A stretch of 64,000 nt of DNA from an uncultured delta proteobacterium (GCA_963767925.1 CAVYGB010000004.1:1-64000), one strand, 5' to 3'; numbered from the stretch's first letter, positions 18,419 to 28,874 are shown. Notes: generated from the letters alone by a model not told the origin. Made by a program: numbers and translations.

Positions 18419-19537
18419 ATGTCCAGGGCCCCCGCTGCAGAAATCGGGTTCGGCGTCATCGGCGCCGGGAACATCGCCGGGATTCACGGCAAGGCGCTGG
18501 CCGCGCTGTCGGGCTCGGGGATCCGGCTGCGGGCCTTCCTGGGGCGCAACCCGGGGCGGGTCCAGAAGCTGGCGGCCCAGTTCGAGGCGGAGGCGCTCAC
18601 CGATGCGGGGCAGTTCTTCGCCCGGCCCGACATCCAGGCGGTCACCATCTGCACGCCCAGCGGGACCCACGCCGACCTCGGCCGGCTGGCGGCGGCGGCG
18701 GGCAAACACGTCCTGGTCGAGAAGCCGATCGACGTGAACATGCGCCAGGCGCGCTCGCTGATCGCGGCCTGTCAGAGCCACCGGGTCCGGCTGGGGGTGA
18801 TCCTCCAGAGCCGGTTCCTGCCGGCGGTGCAGCTCATCAAGCGGGCGGTGACGCGCGGGCGGCTGGGACGCCTGCACGTGGTGGACGCCTACGTGAAGTG
18901 GCACCGCTCGCGCGACTACTACACGGCGGCGCCCTGGCGGGGGACCAAGTCGCTCGATGGCGGCGGGGCGCTGATCAACCAGGCCATCCACACGGTCGAT
19001 CTGGTGCAGCACTTCGCCGGCCCGGCCACCTGGGTCTCGGGGCTGACCGCGCGCAAGCAACATCCCCAGATCGAGGCCGAGGACACGGCGCTGGCCCTGG
19101 TTCGCTACGACAGCGGGGCGGCGGGGGTGATCGAGGCGACGACCTCCCTCTATCCGGGCTTCTCCCGCCGGGTTGAGCTGCACGGCGAGCGGGGCAGCAT
19201 CATCCTCGATGGCAACGACATCAGCTTCTGGAAGCTCATCGACTCGGGCGAGGAGGAGGCGGAGCTGGAGGTGTTGCGCGCGCGCGGGCGGGACGACTCC
19301 AACGCCGCCTCCGATCCGCTGGCCCTCGACGTGAGCGCGCACCAGCGGCAGATCGAGGACTTCGTGGCGGCGATCCGGGAGGGCCGCGCGCCGGTTGTCG
19401 ACGGGCCCGAGTCGCTCAAGGCGCTGGAGATCGTGCTGGCGGTGTACCGCTCGGCGGAGCTGGGGCGGCCGGTGGACCTGCCCGCTCCGGACGGGGTGGC
19501 GGCGCGCGGGGCCGCGCAGGCCCACGACGAGGCCTGA
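18419..19537 (+). CDS. Gfo/Idh/MocA family oxidoreductase
   Basis: GAGNIA Rossmann motif, CTPSGTH, HVLVEKP, GGGALINQAIH. Confidence 0.92.
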   Translation: MSRAPAAEIGFGVIGAGNIAGIHGKALAALSGSGIRLRAFLGRNPGRVQKLAAQFEAEALTDAGQFFARPDIQAVTICTPSGTHADLGRLAAAAGKHVLVEKPIDVNMRQARSLIAACQSHRVRLGVILQSRFLPAVQLIKRAVTRGRLGRLHVVDAYVKWHRSRDYYTAAPWRGTKSLDGGGALINQAIHTVDLVQHFAGPATWVSGLTARKQHPQIEAEDTALALVRYDSGAAGVIEATTSLYPGFSRRVELHGERGSIILDGNDISFWKLIDSGEEEAELEVLRARGRDDSNAASDPLALDVSAHQRQIEDFVAAIREGRAPVVDGPESLKALEIVLAVYRSAELGRPVDLPAPDGVAARGAAQAHDEA

Positions 19538-19682
19538 CCGGCCCGCGGCTCCCGTGCCCCTCCCCTCCCGCTCTCGAGAACTGTCCAGGGGTGGCCAACG
19601 GGCCCGTTCGCCTGCGCCGGGGGCAACGCCGGGCGCGCCGCGGGGCGTGGGCGGCGGGGGGGAATCGTGATAAACGTGCGGC

Positions 19683-20564
19683 ATGCGTACGCTGTCGGTT
19701 CGTTGCGTTCTGGGCTGGGGGCTGGCTCTGGGGCTCGGAGCGGGTGCTTGCAACAAGAAGAGCGAGGCGCCGGCCCCGAGCGCGGCGCCTTCTCCGGCGG
19801 CCCAGGCTCCCGCCGAGCCGGCCAAGCCCCCCCCTGATCCGAACGCGCCCCCGGACGTGGCGGCGGCTCCGGCTGACGCCGAGAAGACGGCCAGCGGGCT
19901 CGCCTCCAAGGTGATCAAGCCGGGGACCGGCAAGCGCAAGCCGGCCCTGCAAGACACGGTCAAGGTCCACTACACGGGCTGGACGACCGATGGCCGCAAG
20001 TTCGACAGCTCGGTGGGCGGTCCGCCGGCCAGCTTCGAGCTGGGGGGCGTGATCAAGGGGTGGGGCGAGGGGCTGCAGCTCATGGTCGAGGGGGAGACGC
20101 GCCGGTTCTGGATCCCGGCCGCCCTGGCCTACGGTGAGACGCCGTCCCGCCCGGGCGCGCCCGCCGGCATGCTGGTGTTCGACGTGGAGCTGCTGGGGCT
20201 GCCGCCGGCGCCGCCCGAAGACGTGGCGGCTCCCCCCAAGGCGGCCAAGAAGACCAAGTCCGGGCTGGCCTACCGGGTGCTGCAGAAGGGCACCGGCGGC
20301 AAGCGTCCCACCGTCGACAGCACCGTCGAGGTCCACTACAGCGGCTGGACGGTGGACGGCAAGATGTTCGACAGCTCGGTGGCCCGCGACCAGACCGCCA
20401 CCTTCCCCCTCAAGGGGGTCATCCCCGGCTGGACCGAGGGGGTGCAGCTCATGACGGTCGGCGAGAAGACCCGCTTCTGGATCCCGGCCAACCTGGCCTA
20501 CGGCGAAAACGGCCAGCCGGCCGGCATGCTGGTCTTCGACATCGAGCTCGTCGGCATCAAGTAG
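19683..20564 (+). CDS. Tandem two-domain FKBP-type peptidyl-prolyl isomerase lipoprotein
   Basis: Lipobox GAGAC; two copies of VHY.GW..DG..FDSS...VI.GW.EG.QLM...RFWIP..LAYG. Confidence 0.95.
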   Translation: MRTLSVRCVLGWGLALGLGAGACNKKSEAPAPSAAPSPAAQAPAEPAKPPPDPNAPPDVAAAPADAEKTASGLASKVIKPGTGKRKPALQDTVKVHYTGWTTDGRKFDSSVGGPPASFELGGVIKGWGEGLQLMVEGETRRFWIPAALAYGETPSRPGAPAGMLVFDVELLGLPPAPPEDVAAPPKAAKKTKSGLAYRVLQKGTGGKRPTVDSTVEVHYSGWTVDGKMFDSSVARDQTATFPLKGVIPGWTEGVQLMTVGEKTRFWIPANLAYGENGQPAGMLVFDIELVGIK

Positions 20565-20739
20565 CCCGCCTCCCTGGCCGCGCCAGCGCCCCGCAGGTCG
20601 CCTCGACCTCCGGGGCGGCGGCCGGCGCGGCCCCGCCCACCGGCGGGTGCGGGCTTCGACCTGGGCGGGGCCGGCGAGCATCAGCAGGCACCCGTCCCGG
20701 GACAGGCCGTTCGGGGGGGCGCCCTCCCGGCGCGGGGGA

Positions 20740-21903
20740 TCACTCGCCCGAGGGGAGGCCGGCGCGCAGCTTCTTCTTGGCTTGCGCTTCGATCTGCCGG
20801 ATGCGCTCGCGGGTCAGGGAGAACTCCCGGCCGACCTGCTCGAGCGTCATCTCGTCCTCGACCCCGATTCCGTGGCGCATCTTCAGGATGCGCTGCTCGC
20901 GCGGGGTCAGCCGGCTGAGCGCTCGATCCGCGTCGCGGACGTTCTGGGCGGAGACCACGGAGGCGAAGGGGGACTCCAGCCGGTCGTCGACGACGAGGTC
21001 GCCCAGGGTGGGACCCTCATCGTCGCCGAGCGGGGCCTCGAAGGAGAGCGGCGGTCGGGCCACCGCCAGGAGCTGTTCTATGCGCTGCGCGCTCATGCCC
21101 ATCTGGGCGGCCAGCTCGTCCACGTCGGGTGGGCGGCCCAGTCGGGGGGTCAGGTAGGCCCGCGTCCGGTGGAGGCTGAGCACCTCCTCGTTGACGTGGT
21201 TGGGCAGCCGGATCGTCCGCGAGGTGTCGGCGATGGCGCGAGAGATGTTCTGGCGGATCCACCAGACGGCGTAGGTGGAGAACTTGAAGCCCCGCCGGTA
21301 GTCGAACTTGTCAACGGCCCGCATCAGGCCGAGGTTCCCCTCCTGCACGAGGTCGAGGAAGGCCAGGCCGCGGTTGAGGTACTTCTTGGCCACGGCGGCG
21401 ACGAGGCGCAAGTTGGCGCGCACCAGCTCGTCGCGGGCAGCGGCGCGGACCCGTTCGCCGGAGGCGACCTGCTTGGCGGCGCGCACCAGCACGGTGGCGG
21501 TGCAGCCCGTCTGCTTGCTGAGCGCCGTCCTGGCCGTCCGGGTGGCGGCGGCGCTGCGCTCGGCGAGCTCGCGCAGGCGGGAGATCATCTCGGGGACCAG
21601 ATCGGCGGCCTCTCCGCTCGGACGCAACATCGCCAGCAGCTCCGCGGTCGAAGCGGCGGCGGGCGTGGCGGGCTGGGTCTCCCGGCAGACCTGGCCCACT
21701 TCCTTGCGAAACAGGGGGACCGTCAGCAGCGCCTGGAGGACGCGCCGGGTTCCATCTTCGATGCGCTTGGCGAGGGTGACCTCGGCCTGTCGATCGAGCA
21801 GCCCGCTGGCGCCGATCTGACGGAAATACAGCCGTTCCGAGCGGAGACCATCGGCTTCGTCCGCGGTCTCCGCCCGCCGCGCGGGGGTGGCTCTTGTTAC
21901 CAG
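20740..21903 (-). CDS. RpoD/SigA-like sigma70 factor (start uncertain: CTG 21903, or GTG 21699 which lacks region 1.2)
   Basis: Region 2 [49 protein letters not shown]; region 4 [17 protein letters not shown]; region 1.2-like [23 protein letters not shown] in frame upstream of 21699. Confidence 0.85.
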   Translation of the reverse strand: MVTRATPARRAETADEADGLRSERLYFRQIGASGLLDRQAEVTLAKRIEDGTRRVLQALLTVPLFRKEVGQVCRETQPATPAAASTAELLAMLRPSGEAADLVPEMISRLRELAERSAAATRTARTALSKQTGCTATVLVRAAKQVASGERVRAAARDELVRANLRLVAAVAKKYLNRGLAFLDLVQEGNLGLMRAVDKFDYRRGFKFSTYAVWWIRQNISRAIADTSRTIRLPNHVNEEVLSLHRTRAYLTPRLGRPPDVDELAAQMGMSAQRIEQLLAVARPPLSFEAPLGDDEGPTLGDLVVDDRLESPFASVVSAQNVRDADRALSRLTPREQRILKMRHGIGVEDEMTLEQVGREFSLTRERIRQIEAQAKKKLRAGLPSGE

Positions 21904-22262
21904 CGTCCGCCCGCCCGGCTGCGAGCGCCCCCGCCCCCGCCGCCACCGCTCCAGCCGCCACCGCCGCCGCCGCCGCTCCGGCCGCCACCACCACCGCCAC
22001 CACCCCCGCCGGCGGACCGCTCCAGGGCCTCCTTGACCGCCAGGGGTCGGCCGCCGAGCTCGCGCCCGTTGAGGGCGTTGATGGCCTGCGCTGCGGCACC
22101 GTCGTCTCCCATCTCGACGAAGGCGAAGCCACGTGGGCGCCCGGACTCACGGTCCAGCATGACCTTGACCTCGGCGACTTCGCCGGCTTCGCTGAAGAGC
22201 TCCCGCAGCTCCAGCTCGGTCACGCTCCAGGCCACGTTGCCCACGAACAACCTCTTTGCCAT
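21897..22262 (-). CDS. RRM-domain RNA-binding protein with Gly-rich tail
   Basis: RNP2 LFVGNV, RNP1 RGFAFVEM; tail ends GGRW; RBS AGGAG. Confidence 0.95.
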   Translation of the reverse strand: MAKRLFVGNVAWSVTELELRELFSEAGEVAEVKVMLDRESGRPRGFAFVEMGDDGAAAQAINALNGRELGGRPLAVKEALERSAGGGGGGGGGGRSGGGGGGGWSGGGGGGGARSRAGGRW

Positions 22263-22596
22263 CGACGCTCTCCTGTCCCGTCGCTCGTGCACGTTCACCG
22301 AGATTCCTGGGAGTCGCGCACGATTACGAAACCACCAAAGGGACCGGACGATACGAAACGGGACCCGCAGTTTAGGCGAATGCGCCCGCAGGTGTCTACC
22401 GACTTCAGAGTCGGACGCCTACGGGTCATTAGACAGGGGCGAGCGCCAGATGCCGGCGGGGAAGGGACCTGCCGACGGGTGGCAGCCTGGGGGAGCCATG
22501 TCGCCGGCACCCTCGGGAGCGGCGTCTACATTTCGTTACGTCGGCGGCAACGTGGTGGCGAACGTGGCGCCAAACGCGGGGCTGCCAGAGCAGCGG

Positions 22597-23583
22597 CTAG
22601 CTGGTACGGAAGCCGTCGGGGTGGCCCGATTGCCACTTCCAGGCGGAGGCGACGATCTCCTCGAGGCCGAAGCGGGGGCTCCAGCCGAGCCCCTCCCGGG
22701 CCTTGCGGTTCTCGGCCCAGACCGACACGGGGTCGCCGGGGCGGCGGGCCACCATCTTCGTCGGGATGTCGGCGTCGGCGGCCCGGCGGGCGGCCTTGAG
22801 CACCTCCAGCACCGAGGCGCCCTTGCCGGTGCCGAGGTTGAAGATGTCGCTCTTGCCCCCGCCGCTCAGGTGGTCGAGCGCACGCAGGTGCGCGTCAGCC
22901 AGGTCGAGCACGTGGATGTAGTCGCGCACGCAGGTGCCGTCGGGCGTCGGGTAGTCGGTGCCGAACACCTGGATGGCCGGGGCCCGGCCGGTGGCCGCCT
23001 TCATCACGAGCGGGATCAGGTTCTGGGCGACGCGGGGGTCCTCCCCGTTGCTGCCGTCGAGGGCGGCGCCGGCGGCGTTGAAGTAGCGCAGGGCCACCGA
23101 GCGCAGGCGGTAGGCCCCGTCGTACCAGGGCAACATGCGCTCCACGGCGAGCTTGCTCTCGCCGTAGGGGCTCTCCGGCCGCAGCTCGGCGCTCTCGATG
23201 ACCGGCAGCACCGAGGGGTTGCCGTAGACCGCCGCGGTCGAGGAGAAGACCAGGATGCGCACGTTCTCTTCCCGCATCGCCTCGAGGAGCTGGAAGGAGC
23301 CGTGGACGTTGTTGTCGAAATATTTGCCCGGGTTGGCCACCGACTCGCCCGCCGCCTTGTAGGCCGCGAAGTGGATGACCGCCTCGATCTTGTGCTCGCG
23401 CAGCACGCCCCGCACGAAGGCCCGGTCGGCGGTGTTGCCCACCACCAGGGTGGTGTCCCCGATCGAGGCCCGGTGCCCGAGCTCGAGGGAATCGAGGACG
23501 ACGACCTCGTCGCCGCGGGCCCGCAGCAGGGCGACCGTGTGTGAGCCGATGTAGCCAGCTCCTCCTGTGACCAGCACGCGCAT
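22597..23583 (-). CDS. galE: UDP-glucose 4-epimerase
   Basis: TGGAGYIGSH, HFAA.KAAGES, YGESK, LRYFN, GTCVRDYIHV. Confidence 0.95.
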   Translation of the reverse strand: MRVLVTGGAGYIGSHTVALLRARGDEVVVLDSLELGHRASIGDTTLVVGNTADRAFVRGVLREHKIEAVIHFAAYKAAGESVANPGKYFDNNVHGSFQLLEAMREENVRILVFSSTAAVYGNPSVLPVIESAELRPESPYGESKLAVERMLPWYDGAYRLRSVALRYFNAAGAALDGSNGEDPRVAQNLIPLVMKAATGRAPAIQVFGTDYPTPDGTCVRDYIHVLDLADAHLRALDHLSGGGKSDIFNLGTGKGASVLEVLKAARRAADADIPTKMVARRPGDPVSVWAENRKAREGLGWSPRFGLEEIVASAWKWQSGHPDGFRTS

Positions 23584-23605
23584 GGCGGACCCCTTCGTCA
23601 GCTCT

Positions 23606-25021
23606 TCAGCGATTCTGGATGTGGATGGCTTCGCCCAGGCTGGCCTTGCAGGCCTCCATGATCGCCTCGGGCAGGGTGGGGTGGGCGTGGACGGTGAGGG
23701 CCACGTCGTCGGCGAGGGCCCCCATCTCGATGGCCAGGGCCGCCTCGGCGATGATGTCGGAGGCCCCGTTGCCCACGGCGTGGATGCCGAGGACCTCGGT
23801 GCTCTCGGCGTCGATCACCACCTTCACGAAGCCGTCGGTGTCGGCGTTGGCGATGGCCCGCCCCAGGGCGGCGAAGGGGAACTTTCCGACCTTGATCTTG
23901 CGGCCTTGTTGCTCGGCCTCGGGGGCGCTGATGCCGGCGGTGGCGATCTCGGGATCGCTGAAGATGACGGCGGGGATGCAGCGGACGTCCATCTCCGCCT
24001 TGCGCCCGGCGATCACCTCGGCCACCACCTCCGCCTCCTTGGAGGCCTTGTGGGCCAGCATCGGCTGCCCGGCCAGGTCGCCGATGGCGTAGATCCCGGG
24101 GATGTTGGTGCGCAGGCGGCGGTCGACGACGACGAAGCCCTTCTCGGTCTTCACCCCGACGGCCTCCAGGCCCAGGTTCTCCGAGTTGGGGCGGCGTCCG
24201 ACGGAGATCAGCACCCGGTCGGCGTCGAGCTGGACGTCGCCGCCGGCGGTCTCGATCGTCACCACCGCCCGGTCGCCCTTGTCGACCCAGCCCTTGGCCT
24301 TGGCCCCGGTCATCACCTCGACGCCCGACTTCTTGAGCTTGCGGGCCACCACCTGGGCCAGCTCGGGGTCGGTGCCGGGGAGGATGCCGGTGAGGGCCTC
24401 GACCACCGTGACCTTGGCCCCCAGCTTGGCGTAGAGGGTGCCGATCTCGAGGCCGATGTAGCCGCCGCCCACCACCAGCAGCCGCCCGGGGACCTCCCGG
24501 AAGGCGAGGGCGCCGGTGGAGTCGACGATCCGCTGGCCGTCGAAGGGGAAGCCGGGGATCTCGATGGGGCGCGAGCCGGTGGCGAGCACGATGTTGCCCG
24601 CCTCGATGACGTACTTCTTGCCCGCGTCGCTGCCCTGGCCCTCCACCTCGACGGTGTTGCGGCTGGTGAGCCGGCCGACGCCGGCCCGGTACTCGCAGCC
24701 GTTGGCCTTGAGCAGGCTGCGCACGCCGCCGGTCAGCTTGCCGACGACGTCTTCTTTCCAGGTCTGCATGCGGCCCATGTCGACCCGCAGGTTGTCGGCC
24801 AGGATGCCGATGTCGCCGCCGTGTCGGATCTTGTCGTACAGCTTGGAGGCGTTGATGAGCGCCTTGGACGGGATGCAGCCCACGTTGAGGCAGATGCCGC
24901 CCACCTTGTCCTTCTCGAGGACGATGGCCTTCTTGCCGAGCTGGCCCAGGCGGATGCCCGCCACATAGCCGCCGGGTCCTGCGCCAATGACCAGGGTGTC
25001 CGTGCGAATCGTTTCCGGCAC
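23606..25021 (-). CDS. lpdA: Dihydrolipoamide dehydrogenase (E3)
   Basis: GAGPGGY, redox disulfide GGICLNVGCIPSK, HAHPTLPE. Confidence 0.96.
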   Translation of the reverse strand: MPETIRTDTLVIGAGPGGYVAGIRLGQLGKKAIVLEKDKVGGICLNVGCIPSKALINASKLYDKIRHGGDIGILADNLRVDMGRMQTWKEDVVGKLTGGVRSLLKANGCEYRAGVGRLTSRNTVEVEGQGSDAGKKYVIEAGNIVLATGSRPIEIPGFPFDGQRIVDSTGALAFREVPGRLLVVGGGYIGLEIGTLYAKLGAKVTVVEALTGILPGTDPELAQVVARKLKKSGVEVMTGAKAKGWVDKGDRAVVTIETAGGDVQLDADRVLISVGRRPNSENLGLEAVGVKTEKGFVVVDRRLRTNIPGIYAIGDLAGQPMLAHKASKEAEVVAEVIAGRKAEMDVRCIPAVIFSDPEIATAGISAPEAEQQGRKIKVGKFPFAALGRAIANADTDGFVKVVIDAESTEVLGIHAVGNGASDIIAEAALAIEMGALADDVALTVHAHPTLPEAIMEACKASLGEAIHIQNR

Positions 25022-25044
25022 GGGCAGCTTATACCACGGGGTCT

Positions 25045-26328
25045 TCAGCCCTGCCCGTCGCCGCCGCCAGGTTCGCGACCAGGTTCGCGACCAGATTCGC
25101 GGCTACGCCCACGCACCCGTTCCAGGTCGGCGAGCTGCTCGCGCAGGTTCCAGGTGGGGCTGGTGTAGACGTCCTCGATGAGGGTCGACAGGGCGGGCGG
25201 CGCGACCGTCTCCTCGAGGGCGATGGCCTCGCGGATCTCGCGGTCGAGCTCGTCGACGAGGGCGGTCTCGCTCTCGGGGGTGAAGACGCCGCTGGCCAGG
25301 AGCCAGATCTTGAAGCGGGTGAGGGGGTCCTTCTTGCGCCAGATCTCGGGCTCGGCGTCGTCGCGGTAACGGGTGGGATCATCGGACGAGCTGTGGGCGC
25401 CCAGGCGATAGGTGAGGGCCTCCACGAAGGTGGGGCCCCCGCCGGCGCGGGCCCGATCGACCGCCTCGCGGATGGTGGCGTACAGGGCGAACACGTCGTT
25501 GCCGTCGACCCGGATGGCGGGCAGGCCATAGCTGAGGCCCTTCAAGGCGATGGTCTCGGCGGCGGTCTGCAGGGCGATGGGGGTGGAGATGGCCCACTGG
25601 TTGTTCTGGCAGACGAAGACAACCGGGGCCTTGTAGACGGCGGCGAAGTTGAGGGCGACGTGGAAGTCCTCGGTGCTGGTGCCACCGTCGCCGCAGTAGC
25701 CGAGGGTGACGACCTTGTCCCCCCGGATGCGGGCGGCCATCGCCATGCCGGTGGCGTGGGGGAGCTGGCTCGACACGCAGGAGGACATCACGACGTGGTG
25801 GCTGGCCCGCGAGCCGGAATGGCAGGGCATCTGCCGGCCCCGGGTCAGGTCGTTCACGTTGCCGAAGATCTGGGCCAGGTAGCTGCGCAGGGGGAAGCCC
25901 CGGTACAGGGCGGCGGCGCCCTCGCGCAGCCCGGGCACGAACCAGTCCTCGGGGCCGATGGCGTGGGCCCCGGCGATGACGCCGGCCTCCTGGCCGGTCG
26001 AGCCGATGTGAAAGCCGATGCGGCCCTGGCGCTGCAGGGGCAAGAGCCGCTGGTCGAGCAGGCGGCTGCGGACCATCCCGGTGTAGAGCTGGCGCAGCTC
26101 CTCGGGCGAGAGGCGGGGGAGGTGCGCGGGATCGGCCTTGCCGCTCTCGTCGAGGATCTGGCGCAGGCCGGTGGCCCGGGCCTCCTCCTCGTCGCTCCAG
26201 ACCTGGTCGCTGGCGCGGTCGTCGAGCCCCGAGCGCGTCCTGGCCGACGGATCGGTGGGTGCGTTCCGGCTGGGGCCGAGCACCACCTGGCGCGCCGGTT
26301 CTTCGCGGGCTGCCTTGCGAGCGGACAG
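25045..26328 (-). CDS. 2-oxoacid (pyruvate or branched-chain) dehydrogenase E1 alpha; probable CTG start at 26328, otherwise GTG 26286
   Basis: QRQGRIGF, TPP motif GDGGT...NNQWAIS, YRLGAHSSSDDP. Confidence 0.92.
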   Translation of the reverse strand: MSARKAAREEPARQVVLGPSRNAPTDPSARTRSGLDDRASDQVWSDEEEARATGLRQILDESGKADPAHLPRLSPEELRQLYTGMVRSRLLDQRLLPLQRQGRIGFHIGSTGQEAGVIAGAHAIGPEDWFVPGLREGAAALYRGFPLRSYLAQIFGNVNDLTRGRQMPCHSGSRASHHVVMSSCVSSQLPHATGMAMAARIRGDKVVTLGYCGDGGTSTEDFHVALNFAAVYKAPVVFVCQNNQWAISTPIALQTAAETIALKGLSYGLPAIRVDGNDVFALYATIREAVDRARAGGGPTFVEALTYRLGAHSSSDDPTRYRDDAEPEIWRKKDPLTRFKIWLLASGVFTPESETALVDELDREIREAIALEETVAPPALSTLIEDVYTSPTWNLREQLADLERVRGRSRESGREPGREPGGGDGQG

Positions 26329-26339
26329 GGTGTATCTCC

Positions 26340-27731
26340 TCAGATCGATTCCAGAAAGAGCAGGCCCGGGGCTTCGAGGGAGTCCTTGATGTGGGCCACG
26401 AAGCGGGCGGCCTCGTGGCCATCGACAAGCCGATGGTCCACGGAGATCGAGAGGTTCATCAGATCCTTGATCACGATCTTATCGCCCACCGCGGCCGGGC
26501 GCCTGGCGATCTTGTGGACGCCCAGGATGCCCACCTCGGGGTAGTTCAGTATGGGAGTGGCGAGCACCCCACCGAGCGCCCCCAGGCTGGTGATGGTGAA
26601 GGTCGACCCGCTGAGGTCCTCGCGGGTGGCCTTGCCTGATTTGGTGAGGCGGGCCAGGCGATCGATGTCCCGCGCCAGCTCGAGGATCGACTTGCGATCC
26701 GCGTCGCGGACCACCGGGACGATGAGGCCGTCGTCGGTGGCGGTGGCCAGGCCGATGTGGTACTGGCGGCGCTGCACGATCTCGCCGGCGGCCTCGTCGA
26801 GGTAGGCGTTCATCGCCGGGAACCGGCGCAGGGCCTCTACGGTGGCCCGCACGATGAAGGGCAGGTACGACAGCTTGAGCGGCGCGCCCTGGCTGCCGGG
26901 GTCGGCCCCGCCCGACAGGCGGGCGTTGGCCTTGGCCCGCAGGTCGACGAGCTGGGTGCAATCCACCTCCTCGACGTAGGTGAAGTGGGCGGCCTCGCGG
27001 CGCGAGCGCACCATGGCCTCGGCGATGCGCCGGCGCAGGCCGCGAAAGGGGATGCGCACGTCGGCGGTCTGCACGCCCGGCGGGGGGGCGAAGCGGGGCT
27101 CGCCGCTCGGCCGGGGGCCGCCGTTGGGGCCCTTGCCGATTTTGCGCACGTCGTCCGAGGTGACGCGGCCACCGGGGCCGGTGCCGTCGACGCGGGCGAT
27201 CTCGACGCCGAGCTCGCGGGCCAGCTTGCGGGTGGCGGGGGTGGCCAGCACGGTGGCGCCGCGGGAGCCGCTGGCGGGCGAGGGTGCGGGCGCGCCCCGG
27301 GCCTGGGCCGGTCCGTCCACCAGCGCGCGCGCCACGTCCCAGCCGCTGTCGGACGCCCGGGTCGGCGCCGGGGCGGGCGCGGAGGGCGGAGCGGCGGACG
27401 GCCGGGCGGGGGCCGGGCTGGTGGGGGCCGGGCTGGTGGGGGTCGGGTGGGAAGCGGGGGCCGCGGTCGCGGTCGCGGTCGCGGCGCCGCCGGACTCGTC
27501 GATGCGCACGAGGACCTTGCCCACCGGGCAGATCTGGCCCTCGGCGTACATCCGCTGCAGCACGCGGCCGGCGCGCGGCGAGGGGATCTCCACCGTGGCC
27601 TTGTCGGTCATCACCTCGACCATGGGCTGGTCGCTGCGGATGTCCTCGCCGTCCTTGACCAGCCAGCGCACGATCTCTCCCTCGACGACGCCTTCGCCGA
27701 TGTCGGGGAGCTTGAATTCGTAAACGGCCAT
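26340..27731 (-). CDS. Dihydrolipoamide acyltransferase (E2)
   Basis: Lipoyl domain MTDKA; E3-binding ATPATRKLARELG..GTGPGGRV; catalytic DHRLVDG. Confidence 0.95.
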   Translation of the reverse strand: MAVYEFKLPDIGEGVVEGEIVRWLVKDGEDIRSDQPMVEVMTDKATVEIPSPRAGRVLQRMYAEGQICPVGKVLVRIDESGGAATATATAAPASHPTPTSPAPTSPAPARPSAAPPSAPAPAPTRASDSGWDVARALVDGPAQARGAPAPSPASGSRGATVLATPATRKLARELGVEIARVDGTGPGGRVTSDDVRKIGKGPNGGPRPSGEPRFAPPPGVQTADVRIPFRGLRRRIAEAMVRSRREAAHFTYVEEVDCTQLVDLRAKANARLSGGADPGSQGAPLKLSYLPFIVRATVEALRRFPAMNAYLDEAAGEIVQRRQYHIGLATATDDGLIVPVVRDADRKSILELARDIDRLARLTKSGKATREDLSGSTFTITSLGALGGVLATPILNYPEVGILGVHKIARRPAAVGDKIVIKDLMNLSISVDHRLVDGHEAARFVAHIKDSLEAPGLLFLESI

Positions 27732-27739
27732 GGGGTCGA

Positions 27740-28729
27740 TCAGAAGTTCACGACACGCTCGATCGCGTCGAGGATGCGGTCGGCGTCGGGCAGGTAATCA
27801 TGCTCGAGGGTGTAGGGAAAGGGGGTGTCGAAGCCGGTGACCCGCAAGATGGGCGCCTCGAGGTGCAACATGGCCCGCTCCTGGATGCTGGCGGCGATCT
27901 CCGCCCCGAAGCCGCAGGTGCGGGGCGCCTCGTGGGCCACCACCGCCCGTCCGGTCTTCTGCACCGAGGTGATGATGGCCTCGATGTCGAAGGGCATCAG
28001 CGTGCGCAGGTCGATGAGCTCGATGTCGTAGCCCTGGCTGGTCCCCTTCTCCACCGCCTCGAGCGCGGTGTGGACCATGGCGCTCCAGGCGATCAGGGTG
28101 ACCGAGCGGGGACCCCGCCCGGCCGCCTCGCGCAGCACCTTGGCCTCGCCGAGCGGCAGGGTGTATTCGCCGGTGGGGACGTCGGCCTTGGAGGCGCGGT
28201 AGACCCGCTTGGGCTCCATGAAGATGACCGGGTCCTCGCCGCGGATCGACGAGGCGAGCAGGCCCTTGGCGTCGATCGGGTTGGAGGGGGCCACAACCTT
28301 GAGGCCGGGGGTGTGGATGAAGAGGGCCTCGGGCGACTGGGAGTGGTAGTGGCCGCCCCGGATGCCGCCGCCCACCGGCGTGCGGATGACGACCGGGGCC
28401 GGATACTCCCCGCCCGAGCGGTAGCGCAGCTTGGCCAGCTCGCTCACGATCTGATCGAAGGCCGGGAAGATGAAGTCGGCGAACTGGATCTCGGCCACCG
28501 GCTTCAAGCCGTAGAGGGCCATGCCGATGGCGCTGCCGACGATGCCCGCCTCGGCCAGGGGGGTGTCGAAGCAGCGGTCGGCGCCGAACTCCTCCTGCAG
28601 ACCGGTGGTGGCCCGGAAGACGCCGCCGAAGCGGCCCACGTCTTCGCCCAGCACCACGACCCGGGAGTCCCGGCGCATCTCCAGTCGCAGGCAGTCGTTG
28701 ACGGCCTGAATGATGTTCAATTCCGGCAT
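27740..28729 (-). CDS. 2-oxoacid dehydrogenase E1 beta
   Basis: GEDVG..GGVFRAT, DTPLAE, EIQFADF, HSQSPE. Confidence 0.95.
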   Translation of the reverse strand: MPELNIIQAVNDCLRLEMRRDSRVVVLGEDVGRFGGVFRATTGLQEEFGADRCFDTPLAEAGIVGSAIGMALYGLKPVAEIQFADFIFPAFDQIVSELAKLRYRSGGEYPAPVVIRTPVGGGIRGGHYHSQSPEALFIHTPGLKVVAPSNPIDAKGLLASSIRGEDPVIFMEPKRVYRASKADVPTGEYTLPLGEAKVLREAAGRGPRSVTLIAWSAMVHTALEAVEKGTSQGYDIELIDLRTLMPFDIEAIITSVQKTGRAVVAHEAPRTCGFGAEIAASIQERAMLHLEAPILRVTGFDTPFPYTLEHDYLPDADRILDAIERVVNF

Positions 28730-28874
28730 GGGGTGCTCGGGCCTCGGCGGCCTCCGGTGAGGGGGTTAGCTTGCACGGGATCGCTCCGGCTGGAAAGGGG
28801 TGCCCGAAGGCGGTCGAGGTGGTTGCAGGTCGGTGGCCCGGTCGGGTGGACCTCGACGACACGGGCGGGCGCGA

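Noticed and set aside
21897..22262. RRM and sigma annotated as one fused gene broken by an error
   Set aside because: RRM ends in a typical Gly-rich GGRW-stop, so it looks complete; kept only as an alternative hypothesis.
25067..25102. Three 12-bp tandem repeats (ccaggttcgcga)
   Set aside because: Encode a low-complexity RE(S/P)G tail of E1 alpha; no sign of further function.
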